Source: Saccostrea echinata (Eukaryota). From it: a DNA stretch of 64,000 bases. The DNA lies in contig NW_026889807.1 in assembly GCF_033153115.1 (NCBI RefSeq), positions 3,224,001-3,288,000 of the forward strand. The letters are read 5' to 3'. Under the pieces are notes generated by a model, which saw only the letters and a program-made list of their open reading frames with translations, made no database searches and had not been told where the DNA came from. Of the stretch, positions 14,019 to 24,800 are shown piece after piece (the first letter of the stretch is position 1; each line of letters begins with the position of its first letter). The translations under genes were made by a program, and so were the position numbers.

Positions 14019-15718
14019 AAAATTATACATTTGAAATAACCAGTTGAAGATAGAAAAGAACTTGGTAGAACTCTGAAACAAAGCTTTAACGCCTTGTATT
14101 CTCTCATTCGTATCATATGTTCGAATGTTTCCTAGCCCTCTGATTGCCTGAAATCCAACATTCTAGAAATATAAGTCAGAATTGTACATCTGTACCTTAT
14201 CATCCAGCTGCAGATGAGTGACATTTGATCTGTTCTACATTGAACCAAAAATAAATCGGAAAACTAAGAACTGAGATGATCGGCTATCTAAAACCAAAAA
14301 TGATTGTGAAAACACCAAACTTGGAAATTTGATAACAAATCGGGCCTTTGTCATCATTGATTTTTTCCGATTCTATTCCACATAGTCCCCAGCTGTCAAT
14401 CTGCTTATAGAAAGAAAATACACGATTTCAGGTAAGATTGATCTTGATCTTCATTAATATTTTAAGAATATACAAGATGCATTTAACTTTATTCATGTCC
14501 TTGTAAATAGAAAAAAAAAAGCTTTAAATTTCTGCGTTCGTAATCACACAACAAATCTGTCGCCAACGGAGAAAGTATCCATTCTGTGTTCTTTTAGTAA
14601 CGGAGGGTTTCAGTTACATCTTTTTTCTCCATTTTCTAAAACGATTAGTCCTGCTTTGCTTTTATTAAGGTCTTTTGTTTCATACGGGAAGACCTAATAG
14701 TGATCCTAGTGTTCATTATGCTAGGGTTAACGTACGAGGAGCGCTCAATTCCTTAACACTAATGGGGCAGAGGCCCCAAAGGGGCCAAGGCTTATAGCTT
14801 TCAAGGAATGGAGCGCTACCAGTACATAAACCCGCTTAAAATCTACTGTTTTAAATGCTTGTAATTATTGTTTGTTAATATATAATAAAAATTTATAAAA
14901 GATACACAGTAATTATATTCTTAACATATCAGTAGTATTTTATAAATAGATATAGAGATTAGAGCGAGTAAAGTGTAATAAAGTAATTTAAATCCATTTT
15001 CTGTCAACAGCTTCGATTGCATAGTGAAAAGAGTGGCTGGCTATCATGGTAAAGATACTGGGATCGAATCTCAGTGCTACCATTATGTTTTTTTTAATAA
15101 AAAAAACTTTAGTTAATGAAATTTTCTAAGTTCCTTCTTAAATAGAGAGACGGGAACTCCGGAGTAGAATTTTAGAAATGCAAATACCGTTTTCAATGTA
15201 ATTTGCAACTCTCCATTTCTGAAAAATAATGGAGCGCTCAAACAAAAGAAAGGATTTTAATAGCGAGTGCAGCGCCCGACTCAAAGCTCTGCTCGTCACT
15301 GCGAGTTCTTAAAACAACGCCTGGGCGAAGAGAAATTTCGGACTACCACACGTTGATCTAAACGAATTTTTTTCCGAGGTTACCTGTGGTCCCATAATGC
15401 TTTGCGAATTGCATCTGGCCGCAAACTACGTTTTTGCGGTAGCAACAAAAATTCAACCAAAAGAAAATAACATTGATTTAATGGATATTGTAGAAAAACA
15501 GTTGATTAAACATTTTTTATTAAAACTAGCACTGTTACAGGCTTCGATTTTGTAATGCAAATTATATACGACGTCATGTGACGTCAGAGCCTAGATCGAC
15601 GTACCAAATGTCACGTGCGGGTTGAAGAGATGGAGGAAAATTAAAACAGGTATCTTCGGTCGCCCTAACGGTTACAGCGTCAACATAGGTTTTCCGTTCA
15701 GAACAGAAGACCTATAGC
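11971..15718 (+). repeat. segmental duplication unit A, copy 2
   Basis: Colinear with 2119-5909. Confidence 0.95.
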
Positions 15719-15751
15719 TCAATGTTTCATCATCTTCTTTTTCTTATTATT

Positions 15752-16100
15752 ATTAGGTGTTCCGTTCAAAGCGGAACACTTACAGTGATTGTATTTTTTT
15801 TCCTTTTATCATCATTATTATTCCTCCAAATCTTTGTGAGCGGGATTACTCACTGCCCGTCCGAAGTTATGGTTGGGTTTTAAAATGAACTTTTGCCCGG
15901 AGTTTTTCTCAGAAACGGTTTAAGATAAAGAAGTAAAATTTTCAGGAATACTAGATCCAGATATTTGTCAATGATCAAGGTTTGCTTTGTTCGTGTTTAT
16001 CATTTCCTGTCCGAACCGGAAGTGAATATGTACTTCGATGAATTTTGACGTTTTTACTTTTTAATATTTTTCAAGATATTGTATGTATAATAGAGATTAG
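15752..16100 (+). mobile_element. Helentron-associated (HINE-like) element fragment
   Basis: TTAGGTGTTCCGTTCAAAGCGGAACACT terminal palindrome flanked by (ATT/CAT)n tracts; right boundary uncertain. Confidence 0.5.
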
Positions 16101-17052
16101 TCTACAAGTGCCAAATATATCATTTGTTTTGAAATCTGATGACGCCTTCTCTAGATTTTATTTACCGTCATTTTACCCATTTACCTAGTGCGTATACAAA
16201 ATGTAAAGAAAGATAACTCTGACTTTCGGATTGTTCGATGACGTCGGAGACGTTGTCGGCACTCTCGATCTAAAATATATAGACGTTCCATATCCACTGT
16301 TTCTTAAGCGTATTACTGAAGAACGCACAGGTATTTATATATCTAAAATAACTTATAAATGCCGACAAGCAAATTCTATTACATATATAAGGAGGACATG
16401 CAATTTCATATAACTCAGACGATCTCTTTATTCTCTGAATACATCCTAGGATTTGAATGCCAAATATCACGAGTTTCATATTTCATATAAGATTATTACA
16501 CACACTAAAATGGAAGTGACCAATAAAAAACCGTAATACAGTTTTAAATCCTTTACATATCAATTGAAATCTGCCACTTTAAAGAAAGATTAATCTTTAA
16601 ATTAGACTTGGGTATTCTATTTGATCAAAATGTTATAGACTTGTCGTTAAATTATGTACAACACGAAATAACCGAAGAATCCAATCCAAGAATTTAATTA
16701 AATATAAGGTGAAAAGGCGATTCGTGCGAAATAAGGTACTACCAGACGTTTTTTGACGTAAAGAATTGTAACAATTAAAAAAAAAAAAAAACAGGTGCGT
16801 GGATGTCTCCGAGAAACAAACATGTATTCTAATATTTTCATGCAATGATATACTTGTACATTTAAGTGACGTTTCTAATTCTCTATAATTTGATGATTCA
16901 TTAAATTTACTACTACCTTTGAAGCCCCTGATTTATATTTGGAGAAGCTGGCTCAAATAGACATTTGATCTATATTTCTATTAAAGATTTAAATCATGAA
17001 TATGTGGTTATAAGTACAGTATATGCAGAATTTTGTATTCTGTAATGCTAGA

Positions 17053-17953
17053 TTTTTTTATGCCCCCGTATCGAAGATTCGGGGGTATATAGTTTTTGCT
17101 ATATCTGTCTATCTGTTGTTTGTTTGTCTGTTTGTCCGCGAAAACTTTAACATTGACCATACCTTTTGATTGGTTGGAACTATGGCTTTCATATTTCACA
17201 TGTGTATTTCTTGTGACAAGACCTTTCTTTATTTACCACCACTATTTGATTTTTTGACCTTGGAGTTTGACCCATTTTTGCAAAATTTTACCAAACTTTA
17301 TCCTTGACAATAACTTTTGAAAAATTAATGCTTGGGCTTTCATACTTCACATGTATAATTCTTTTGACAAGACCTTCCTTTGGATACCAACAACTTTGAC
17401 CTTTTGACCCTGACCTAGGAGTTTGACCTACTGTTGAAAAACTTTAACATTGGCAATAACTTTTGAGCAATTGGTGCTAGGGCTTTCATACTTCACATGT
17501 ACAATCCTTGTGCCAAGTCCTTTCTTAGGATACCAACAACGACCCTTTGACCTTGACCTAGGAGTTTGACCTATTTTTGGAAAACTTTAACTTTGGCAGG
17601 GCTTTCATAACGTTGACCCTTTGACCTTGGAGTTTGACCTACTTTTGGAAAACGTTAACCTTGGCCATAACTTTTGAAGGGTTGGTCCTTGGGCTTTCAT
17701 ACTTCACATATGTAATACTTGTGACAAGATCATCTTTCTTTGGATACCAACAACTTTGACCCTTTGACATTGGATTTTGACCTTTTTTGGGAAAACTTTA
17801 ACCTTTGTCTTAATCTTTTCCATATCTATTCAATGGTTGCTGCTAGGTTTTTCATACTTTGCGTACCAAATATTTTATTTGCATTTGAGAAAGTTAAACC
17901 TTTGCTATCAGTTGCCAAACGGGGGCATCAGTTTTTCACAAACACATCTTGTT
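17053..17953 (+). mobile_element. Helentron-associated non-autonomous element (HINE/pearl-CvA type) with internal ~145-bp tandem array
   Basis: T-run, subterminal ATGCCCCCG with hairpin, (GTCT/GTTT)n, several TGACCTTG-rich monomers, inverted CGGGGGCAT, 3' palindrome-like TCACAAACACATCTTG, T-run. Same family as 34558-36500 in opposite orientation. Confidence 0.88.
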
Positions 17954-18384
17954 TTATAATTTAAAATTATGATACTGAAATGTTAATTTTAATAGTACAA
18001 TGAAAACTTTAAATCTTTAATAAATCTGTTTTGATATCAAAGTCAGTCGCAACCTATATTTTCACATGAAGTGCGCACGTGTTTGGCTTGTAAATAAAAA
18101 TCACTTGACCCTGCATGTACATCAGTCTTCCCCAAATAGTTCGAATGTTCTGATTCAACACACTTCTCAGAAAATAAAATGGGGACGTAGATAGAAGGAT
18201 AGTAGGCGCTGTGTGTTTAACAAACCTTTCAAATTCTCACGTCTAGGTCATAACTCTCTCTTTTGAAATTCGATTGCCTATTATACCTGAGTCACATTTA
18301 AGCCAATGGTCGGGCGAACAAATTTTTCTCCTTTCGTCGGCTGAAAAACATAATCGGCCGACACTAGTATCGGGCGATATATGA

Positions 18385-18666
18385 TATGTCACCAGATACC
18401 TGTGAAGGACTTCAAATTTACACCTCTACTCGGGGGCCTTTAAGCAGTGAGAGTTTTTTTTTAATCGTGCCAACGTCTACCGTGACAAGGAACATCGGTT
18501 TTTAAGGTTTCATTTGAAGGACCGGTGACTTTCATTTCCAGTGCCGAGCGGTTGGCGAAGGAACAATCACTAACTATGTTTACGTCTAAGGTTTGATGCG
18601 GAACGAGAATCGAGCCAGGGCCTCCCGATTACGACACAAACCCTCAAGCACTAGGCTACCGTGACC
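18385..18666 (-). mobile_element. diverged V-type SINE
   Basis: Reverse complement aligns to the young SINE copies over head, core and 3' part, with many substitutions. Confidence 0.8.
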
Positions 18667-19179
18667 TGAACTATGTTTGTGGGATCCCTTTAAGGTGATT
18701 GGTGAAAACCATCTTTGTCTATTTAAGCTTGGTAATTACAATTTTGAAATTAATTTTATGCTTTAAATCTGAAAAAAAAAAACAAAAAAACAAACAAACC
18801 TAAAAGCGAAAACCAGTAAATCAGCTAAGAAATGCACATTTATTTCTTCTTCAAATGCATTCAAATAATTTCTCTTTGCTATATTGACACAAAGAATGAT
18901 AAAAAAAAGCTGCTAGGTTTAAATGTTTCATTAAAACTCAAACACATAAATGGGCAAGGATGTATAATTCCTTCTGTTTCATTCCATTTTTGGAGATAGA
19001 GGAATAGCGGGTTTACTTCCAGAGGATAATTATCAATAGTTAAATCAAACGAATAACAAATGATATCACTACACTAAGGAGTTACTCTACATATACTCAC
19101 ATTTGTATGTTGTAGCTGTAGGTACAGTAGCAAAATCGTGAAACATTGATTACTAATCATCGTTGAAAAAAAAAAATTA

Positions 19180-19235
19180 TCACGTAGAACACGTGTTAAA
19201 ATCACGTGATTCTCGTTCGCTGAAAAGTATATAAA
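19180..19235 (+). promoter_or_regulatory. putative promoter of the Kunitz gene: E-box cluster plus TATA box
   Basis: TCACGTAG (19180), AACACGTGTT (19188-19197), AATCACGTGATT (19200-19211), TATATAAA (19228-19235) ~40 nt upstream of ATG 19269. Confidence 0.65.
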
Positions 19236-19268
19236 GTACGCTTATTAATGCAATATGAAAAAGCAATT

Positions 19269-19313
19269 ATGGAACGAATGTTCTTACTTGGCTTGGTATT
19301 GACCATTGTAATC
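19269..19313 (+). CDS. Kunitz gene exon 1 (signal peptide MERMFLLGLVLTIVI)
   Basis: ATG after TATA box, 15 codons with hydrophobic core, consensus donor GTAAGT at 19314; phase 0 matches exon 2. Confidence 0.8.
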
Positions 19314-20547
19314 GTAAGTAAATATTTTTTTTTTTCATTTTTAAAAGATAAAAAGATATAAAATATTTTTAATCCGCGGAAAATCAACAAATTTGATTTA
19401 TATATTAAAAAGATTCTTTCTTTGGTGATTTTCTCGCTGTCTATCGATGAACAACGCTTTATTGCTCCTTTAACATATACTCTTTCATGTTGGCTGCACT
19501 TGCTTCAAGGTTTCAGACGAAAGAATTCATATGACGCTAACTTTTTTTTTAAATTTCAGATCTTGGAACTCATTTTTTTTTTTTAAATAATCATCCTTTA
19601 CCCGCTCATTGTTTGGAGCTAACCCCCAACAATCTGTATTTAACAATATATAAACATAAGATGTGGGTTCTAAAAAGGACATTTTATAAATAAGTTGACA
19701 ATCAAAATTACCTGTCATATAATACGCCAAAATGAGGGATAAACCTTTGAAAGTTTGTCATTTTTTGTGTATTTAAGAAAAATATATAAATAATAGATTT
19801 CAGTTTTAAAAGCTCAATAGGAAATTACCTGATGCCCTTTCTTTCTTTTTTTTCCTCGAGAGGGAAAAATATTACCTCCAAGCTACCTGTTCAAAATAAG
19901 TTATAAAGCTAGTGAAAAAAAAAAATGATACAGATTAATTTTTGGAAGTTCTTTTTAGATTTGAAAGGATAATTTTTAAGGATAATAAGTGTTTTACTCT
20001 TTTTTATTCAATACACATAGTGAGACGTACACAGATAGTTTAAAGAGAAGAGTAAAACAGGTTCATTGTATCACTTTTTTACTGTATTAGGATATTTTTG
20101 CTGATGAAAAGTGATATGATCCTATCTATTGATCGCAGAAAATGAGCTATACACAAATTAAAAGTCGGTAAAATTTACACTGAATCTGATCTAACGAGAT
20201 GATTTAACTGGTTTAACGAATAAAACGAACTATACACCAAATCAACTTTCAGTCCTTAAAACCCTCCCGATTTTTCATATATTAACTGTCTTTGTGGTGC
20301 AAAATGCACATTGTAAGTGGTATAATCAGTAATAGGTGAATGCGCATGTTTACTTCCCTGAGTAGCTGATTAGGTTAATAGAATTTCGTTTCAAACAAGT
20401 GTTTAAAGAGTCACATTTCTATTTTGGAAAAATACCTTTAAGTTCCACGGTTCTGTTAGTTGAAACAAACTTAAAAAATCGATTAGATTTTATATACCAT
20501 CTTTTTTGTAATATATGATGATATGGTCTTTTGAACTTTACATCGAT

Positions 20548-20795
20548 AGTGACTGTTCCATGGTCAAGCGCCCAGCATTAGAATTGAAAATCACGGGTCT
20601 TTAGGATGAGACCTTAAAAACGGAGGTCCCGTGTTACGGTAGGCGTTGGCACGATAAGGAACCATCACTGCTCGATGACCTTGAATGCAAAGTATTGGTC
20701 TAAATTTGATGCCCTTCACCGGCTTTCCGTGACGTCTCTATATGAGTGAAAAACATTTGAATGAGACTTAAACAACAAAGAATCAAGCAATCAAC
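20548..20795 (+). mobile_element. 5'-truncated diverged V-type SINE in Kunitz intron 1
   Basis: GGATGAGACCTTAAAAACGGAGGTCCCGTG core and AATCAA tail. Confidence 0.82.
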
Positions 20796-21053
20796 TTATA
20801 TTAAGATTTTTTAGGGGGGGGGTGCGGGGGAGGGGGGTGGTGGTGATTAGATATCCTACCTTTTGATCAAAGCTTCTGATTCATTTTTCGTTGTACATGC
20901 ATGTAACATTTCTATGGAGGATAAGTAACTATTCCGGTATAGTTTTTCGTATAAAGAACAGAGCACACATAAGTATCAAAGGAAACGATACAGAAATGAA
21001 ATTATGAACTTAGCATCTTATTTATTTTAAATAACGCCATTGCTTTATTTTAG

Positions 21054-21093
21054 GCTGCAGTCATTGGACGAGGATATCGTCCTGGACCCTCAG
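21054..21093 (+). CDS. Kunitz gene exon 2 (AAVIGRGYRPGPS-G; end of signal peptide and linker)
   Basis: TTTATTTTAG acceptor, 40 nt open, CAG|GTAGG donor; phase 0 to phase 1 joins exons 1 and 3 in frame. Confidence 0.8.
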
Positions 21094-21431
21094 GTAGGCA
21101 ATAGTGCGCATGCGTATTATAATAAAATACATAATTGGAAATACTTTTTTACCAAAACGAAATCGATGCTATTCCGGAAAGTACAGTTAAACTCAAATAT
21201 GAAGACTTTCTAGAAAGAAAGATCAAATACTCTATAATGCCTTGAGTATAATATTAACTTAACACATCATTATACTTTCAACATCTTGAAAAGTTACGAA
21301 TTCACAAAGAAATATAAAGTTACTGCATGAACATATTTTCCATCAGTAATAATTTTGAAATATATGATGTATATTATAATAAAATGTCGAATGAAACGTT
21401 TTCATTATAATTCATTTTCTTGTCAATTTAG

Positions 21432-21605
21432 GAAAGTCAGCTTGTCGTTTACCTATGGATCGCGGTCGGTGCAATGGCTTCTGTCTCCGATATTATCACG
21501 ACATTAGAACAGGGAAATGCCGTAAGTTTATCTACGGATGCTGCGGAGGAAATGCAAACAATTTTCACAATGAAATGTTCTGCAATTGGGTTTGCAGGAA
21601 CAAAT
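21432..21605 (+). CDS. Kunitz/BPTI-type protease inhibitor domain exon (exon 3), 8-Cys variant
   Basis: TTTAG acceptor, 174-nt phase 1-1 exon, GTAAG donor. Translates GKSACRLPMDRGRCNGFCLRYYHDIRTGKCRKFIYGCCGGNANNFHNEMFCNWVCRNK with exact BPTI Cys spacing and the FxYGxCxGNxNNF signature. Terminal exon not securely identified. Confidence 0.93.
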
Positions 21606-21650
21606 GTAAGCATAACAATCTTTTATTATGCATTTGCTGTGCATTGATAA

Positions 21651-21870
21651 GGGTCGCACGTGTAGCGAAGTGGTTAGAGCGTTTGGTGTAGGGGCGCGGA
21701 GTAAATCCACAGTTTGACGTGGAGACCGGTCGTTCGGATAAAACCGTTATTGCTCAAGGGTCGTAAGTGCCGAATACAGGTCTAAATCTGCAGCCCTGCA
21801 CCGGCAAGTGGTGGCGTCTCAATATGATAGAAAAGGTCGCAACCGTGTGTTAAACAAGCAAACAAACAAA
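21651..21870 (+). mobile_element. internally deleted SINE of a second V-type subfamily
   Basis: GGGTCGC head with TAGCGAAGTGG A box, GTTCGGATAAAACCG core remnant, (AAAC)n tail; related to 30813-31137. Confidence 0.7.
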
Positions 21871-24800
21871 ACACGAATTGACAAGGTAAAATAAAATCAA
21901 ATTGATTTTCAATTAAAATAAGAAATTTTTCATGGTGTCAAAAAAAAATTGAAGCCATCATACAAAAATGAGAACAACTGAGATCTACATGTAAACAGTC
22001 ATAAAGTTTATGTATTTGTAAGCGGCATATGTTTTAGGCTTATAAAGAATTATACGTTCTAATATACTATATAGCCATGAACCTTACGGGTTTAATTTTG
22101 CGAAAACAAGGTTAAGAGACTTCTACAAATTATAATATCTATATATTTTAACTGAGCTATAATGATTTTTTGTTCATATTTAGTTTTCTATAGCCTGTTT
22201 CAATGCTAAAACTTTTAAACCTGTCTAATCCAATATACATTTAAGGGGAATTTTAACTCAGATTATTGACCAAAGAATATTGATTTTTTTAAGTTGAAAT
22301 AAGAATATTGATTGAACATCTAAGCTCGACGATTTACGTAGTTATAATACAGCTTTTGTTTTACTTGTTTTTTTTTTTTTTTTTAGTCAGTTCAAAAATG
22401 GGGTGCCTTATTAGAGCCTGTACTATCCAAACTTGTCCAACCTTTCCGCTTGATAATGATTTCTTAATATTTACACGTATAAATTCATTTCAAGTCCTCA
22501 AAATCAATGAAAACATGCAAAACAAAAATATAAACAAAATCTTGTTATTTTTGGATGGTATTTGTCAATGGGGTTTAATACCTAACTCATGACGTCATAG
22601 CTGTCGAACAAATAATCGCCTAATGAAAATGAGACGGAACGAGAATACATGTAATATAATATAAAATATAAAATGGGAGTTCAAAGCATATAGGTTAATA
22701 TATCACGTGTGTTTCATAAGGAATTAGAGTTTAAGAATCAGAATTGCAGATTTATTTTCATCATTTTGTATCTTGTAATGAAGACAGGCAGTGTCTTATA
22801 ATCCGATCAGCATTTTCCCTTTCGTTCTTAAAAACAAAGAAACAAAAGTTCAACACTATGTCGCAAACTTTGAAAAGTATTTTTTGTCGATATCGAGAGT
22901 TTGTGTTCTATTTTTTCTATAAGGTACTGCTGGAATCGTGTGGTTAACATGAATTGATGAAATTTCTTCGATCTTATGTACAGAATGTAAAAAACAATTG
23001 GTAATGTTTCATGCGAAATTATGGAATAATCTCTGTGATTGGAGAAGATGATTCTAGCAGTATTTTTCCTGGTCAAAGGATGCTTTTACATAAATATTTC
23101 TACAAACAGAATTGAATTATTCCTGGGGTTGTGTTAAGCTTTTCAATTTTCATTACGGCATATTTTCTATTTATATATGTCACATGATGACGTTGTAATG
23201 GAGAATTTCTTTTAGCCAAAGACTTATTAACGCCTATACAATAAATAATTAGAGTAAATGTTTTATTCTTGGCTTTTTGATTTAATTATCAATGTTAAAT
23301 TTTTACCAAAAGGTGTGAATTTGCCGAATAATGATCTGTGTGCTGACTTAACATACCTGCGCTATCATTGATGTTAATGTATTTTTAAGTCGTCCACTAA
23401 AATACGTTATATTTGCTTAACACATCATCCGAAATTTAACGCAGGACGTGATTGATCAAATATGTCTTTCGAGGACATATTGGACCAAACACTTCATGGC
23501 TTACATCTTGCTTTTGACCAAGACCTTCCCACTTTACAACTTGCATGTGGTATTCCAACATGTCGGATTCTCAAAAAAAAAAAAAAAAAAAAAAAAGAAA
23601 ACAAAAGAAAGAAAATGTCAACAATGATATGCATACATACTTTCGAATAGGTTAATAGAACGAATATAGCAAAACAAAATAAAATAATCATTTCGTTTCG
23701 TATGCCTAAATTCTTTGTCAATATACTCTCAAAATTTCATTATTTAATAGCATATTCTGCCACAATTAAAAGAAGATATTTTTTTACATTCAACATTGTA
23801 TCGATTTCATGGTATACAACACAGCAAAATGTCTGATGATTAAAAACAAACAAGCAAATGAATATGAAAACAATAAAACAAAATAAAACAAAAAGCAAAA
23901 CAAAACAGATTATACATGGCTATCAACTAGTGTTACATTACTGATCACTTTTAGAATATTAAATGCGCTTAAATTCCATGATATTTACAAGTGTATTTTT
24001 CAAATATCTATAAATAAAAAGAATAATCTTTCATTTACATCTATGAAGAAAGATAAAATTATACAAATCTCTGCTGTTTGATTATCTACTATATAATTTA
24101 CAATATGCTCTTTTTGTTGACAGAGCTGTTTGTCCCTGTAGGTCAGTTTGGATCAACGATGGAAAACATATCTCGGATCAGTGTAATAACAAAATCTAAT
24201 CAACTCACAGGAGAAAATAAATTTGAAATTTGAAATATGCCAATTCTAAAATAAAAATAAAAAGAAATCGTCTTTCTTATCTCTCTTATCTAATGGAAAT
24301 AAACAGTTCCAACAATTAACGAAACATTTTAATTGAATATATGGTTTTTGAAAAAAAAAATATATAGTGTTTGCACATCTAATTTTGAAATGTATATCTT
24401 ATTTTTAAGATAAGTATATCTACGAGAGAAATTTGCGTCATTCTCGGAGTATTCTTTTTTTTATCAAGTAAAACACTCTTACAAGCATCTAGATCCGCAC
24501 AAAAGACTTTTGTATATTAAAGCGTTACCATTTTTGGTTGATATTTCATTCTTTTGTCTTCTTATGTTCGTTATGATACTCTAGATGCTGCAAGATAAGG
24601 ACGTTGTGGTATATGACCAACCGAAAAGTACAGTCTATATGGCAAGATGTAAGGAGAAAATGGAATGGTCAATTGTCTTCTTTGCTAATCAAGCACATAT
24701 TGATGGCACTTTGGTGCCGTTCTGAATAACTACATCTACTTATTTTTTTTTTATTTTCTCTGTCTCGGAGTTTGCTGATATTTAAAATATGCACTTTTGA

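Noticed and set aside
19447-19509. Alternative signal-peptide exon MNNALLLL
   Set aside because: In-frame TAA and weak donor; 19269-19313 has a TATA box, consensus donor and correct phase.
21606-21691. C-terminal extension of the Kunitz ORF (CKHNNLL...ERLV)
   Set aside because: Follows a strong GTAAG donor and runs into a SINE; likely intron read-through.
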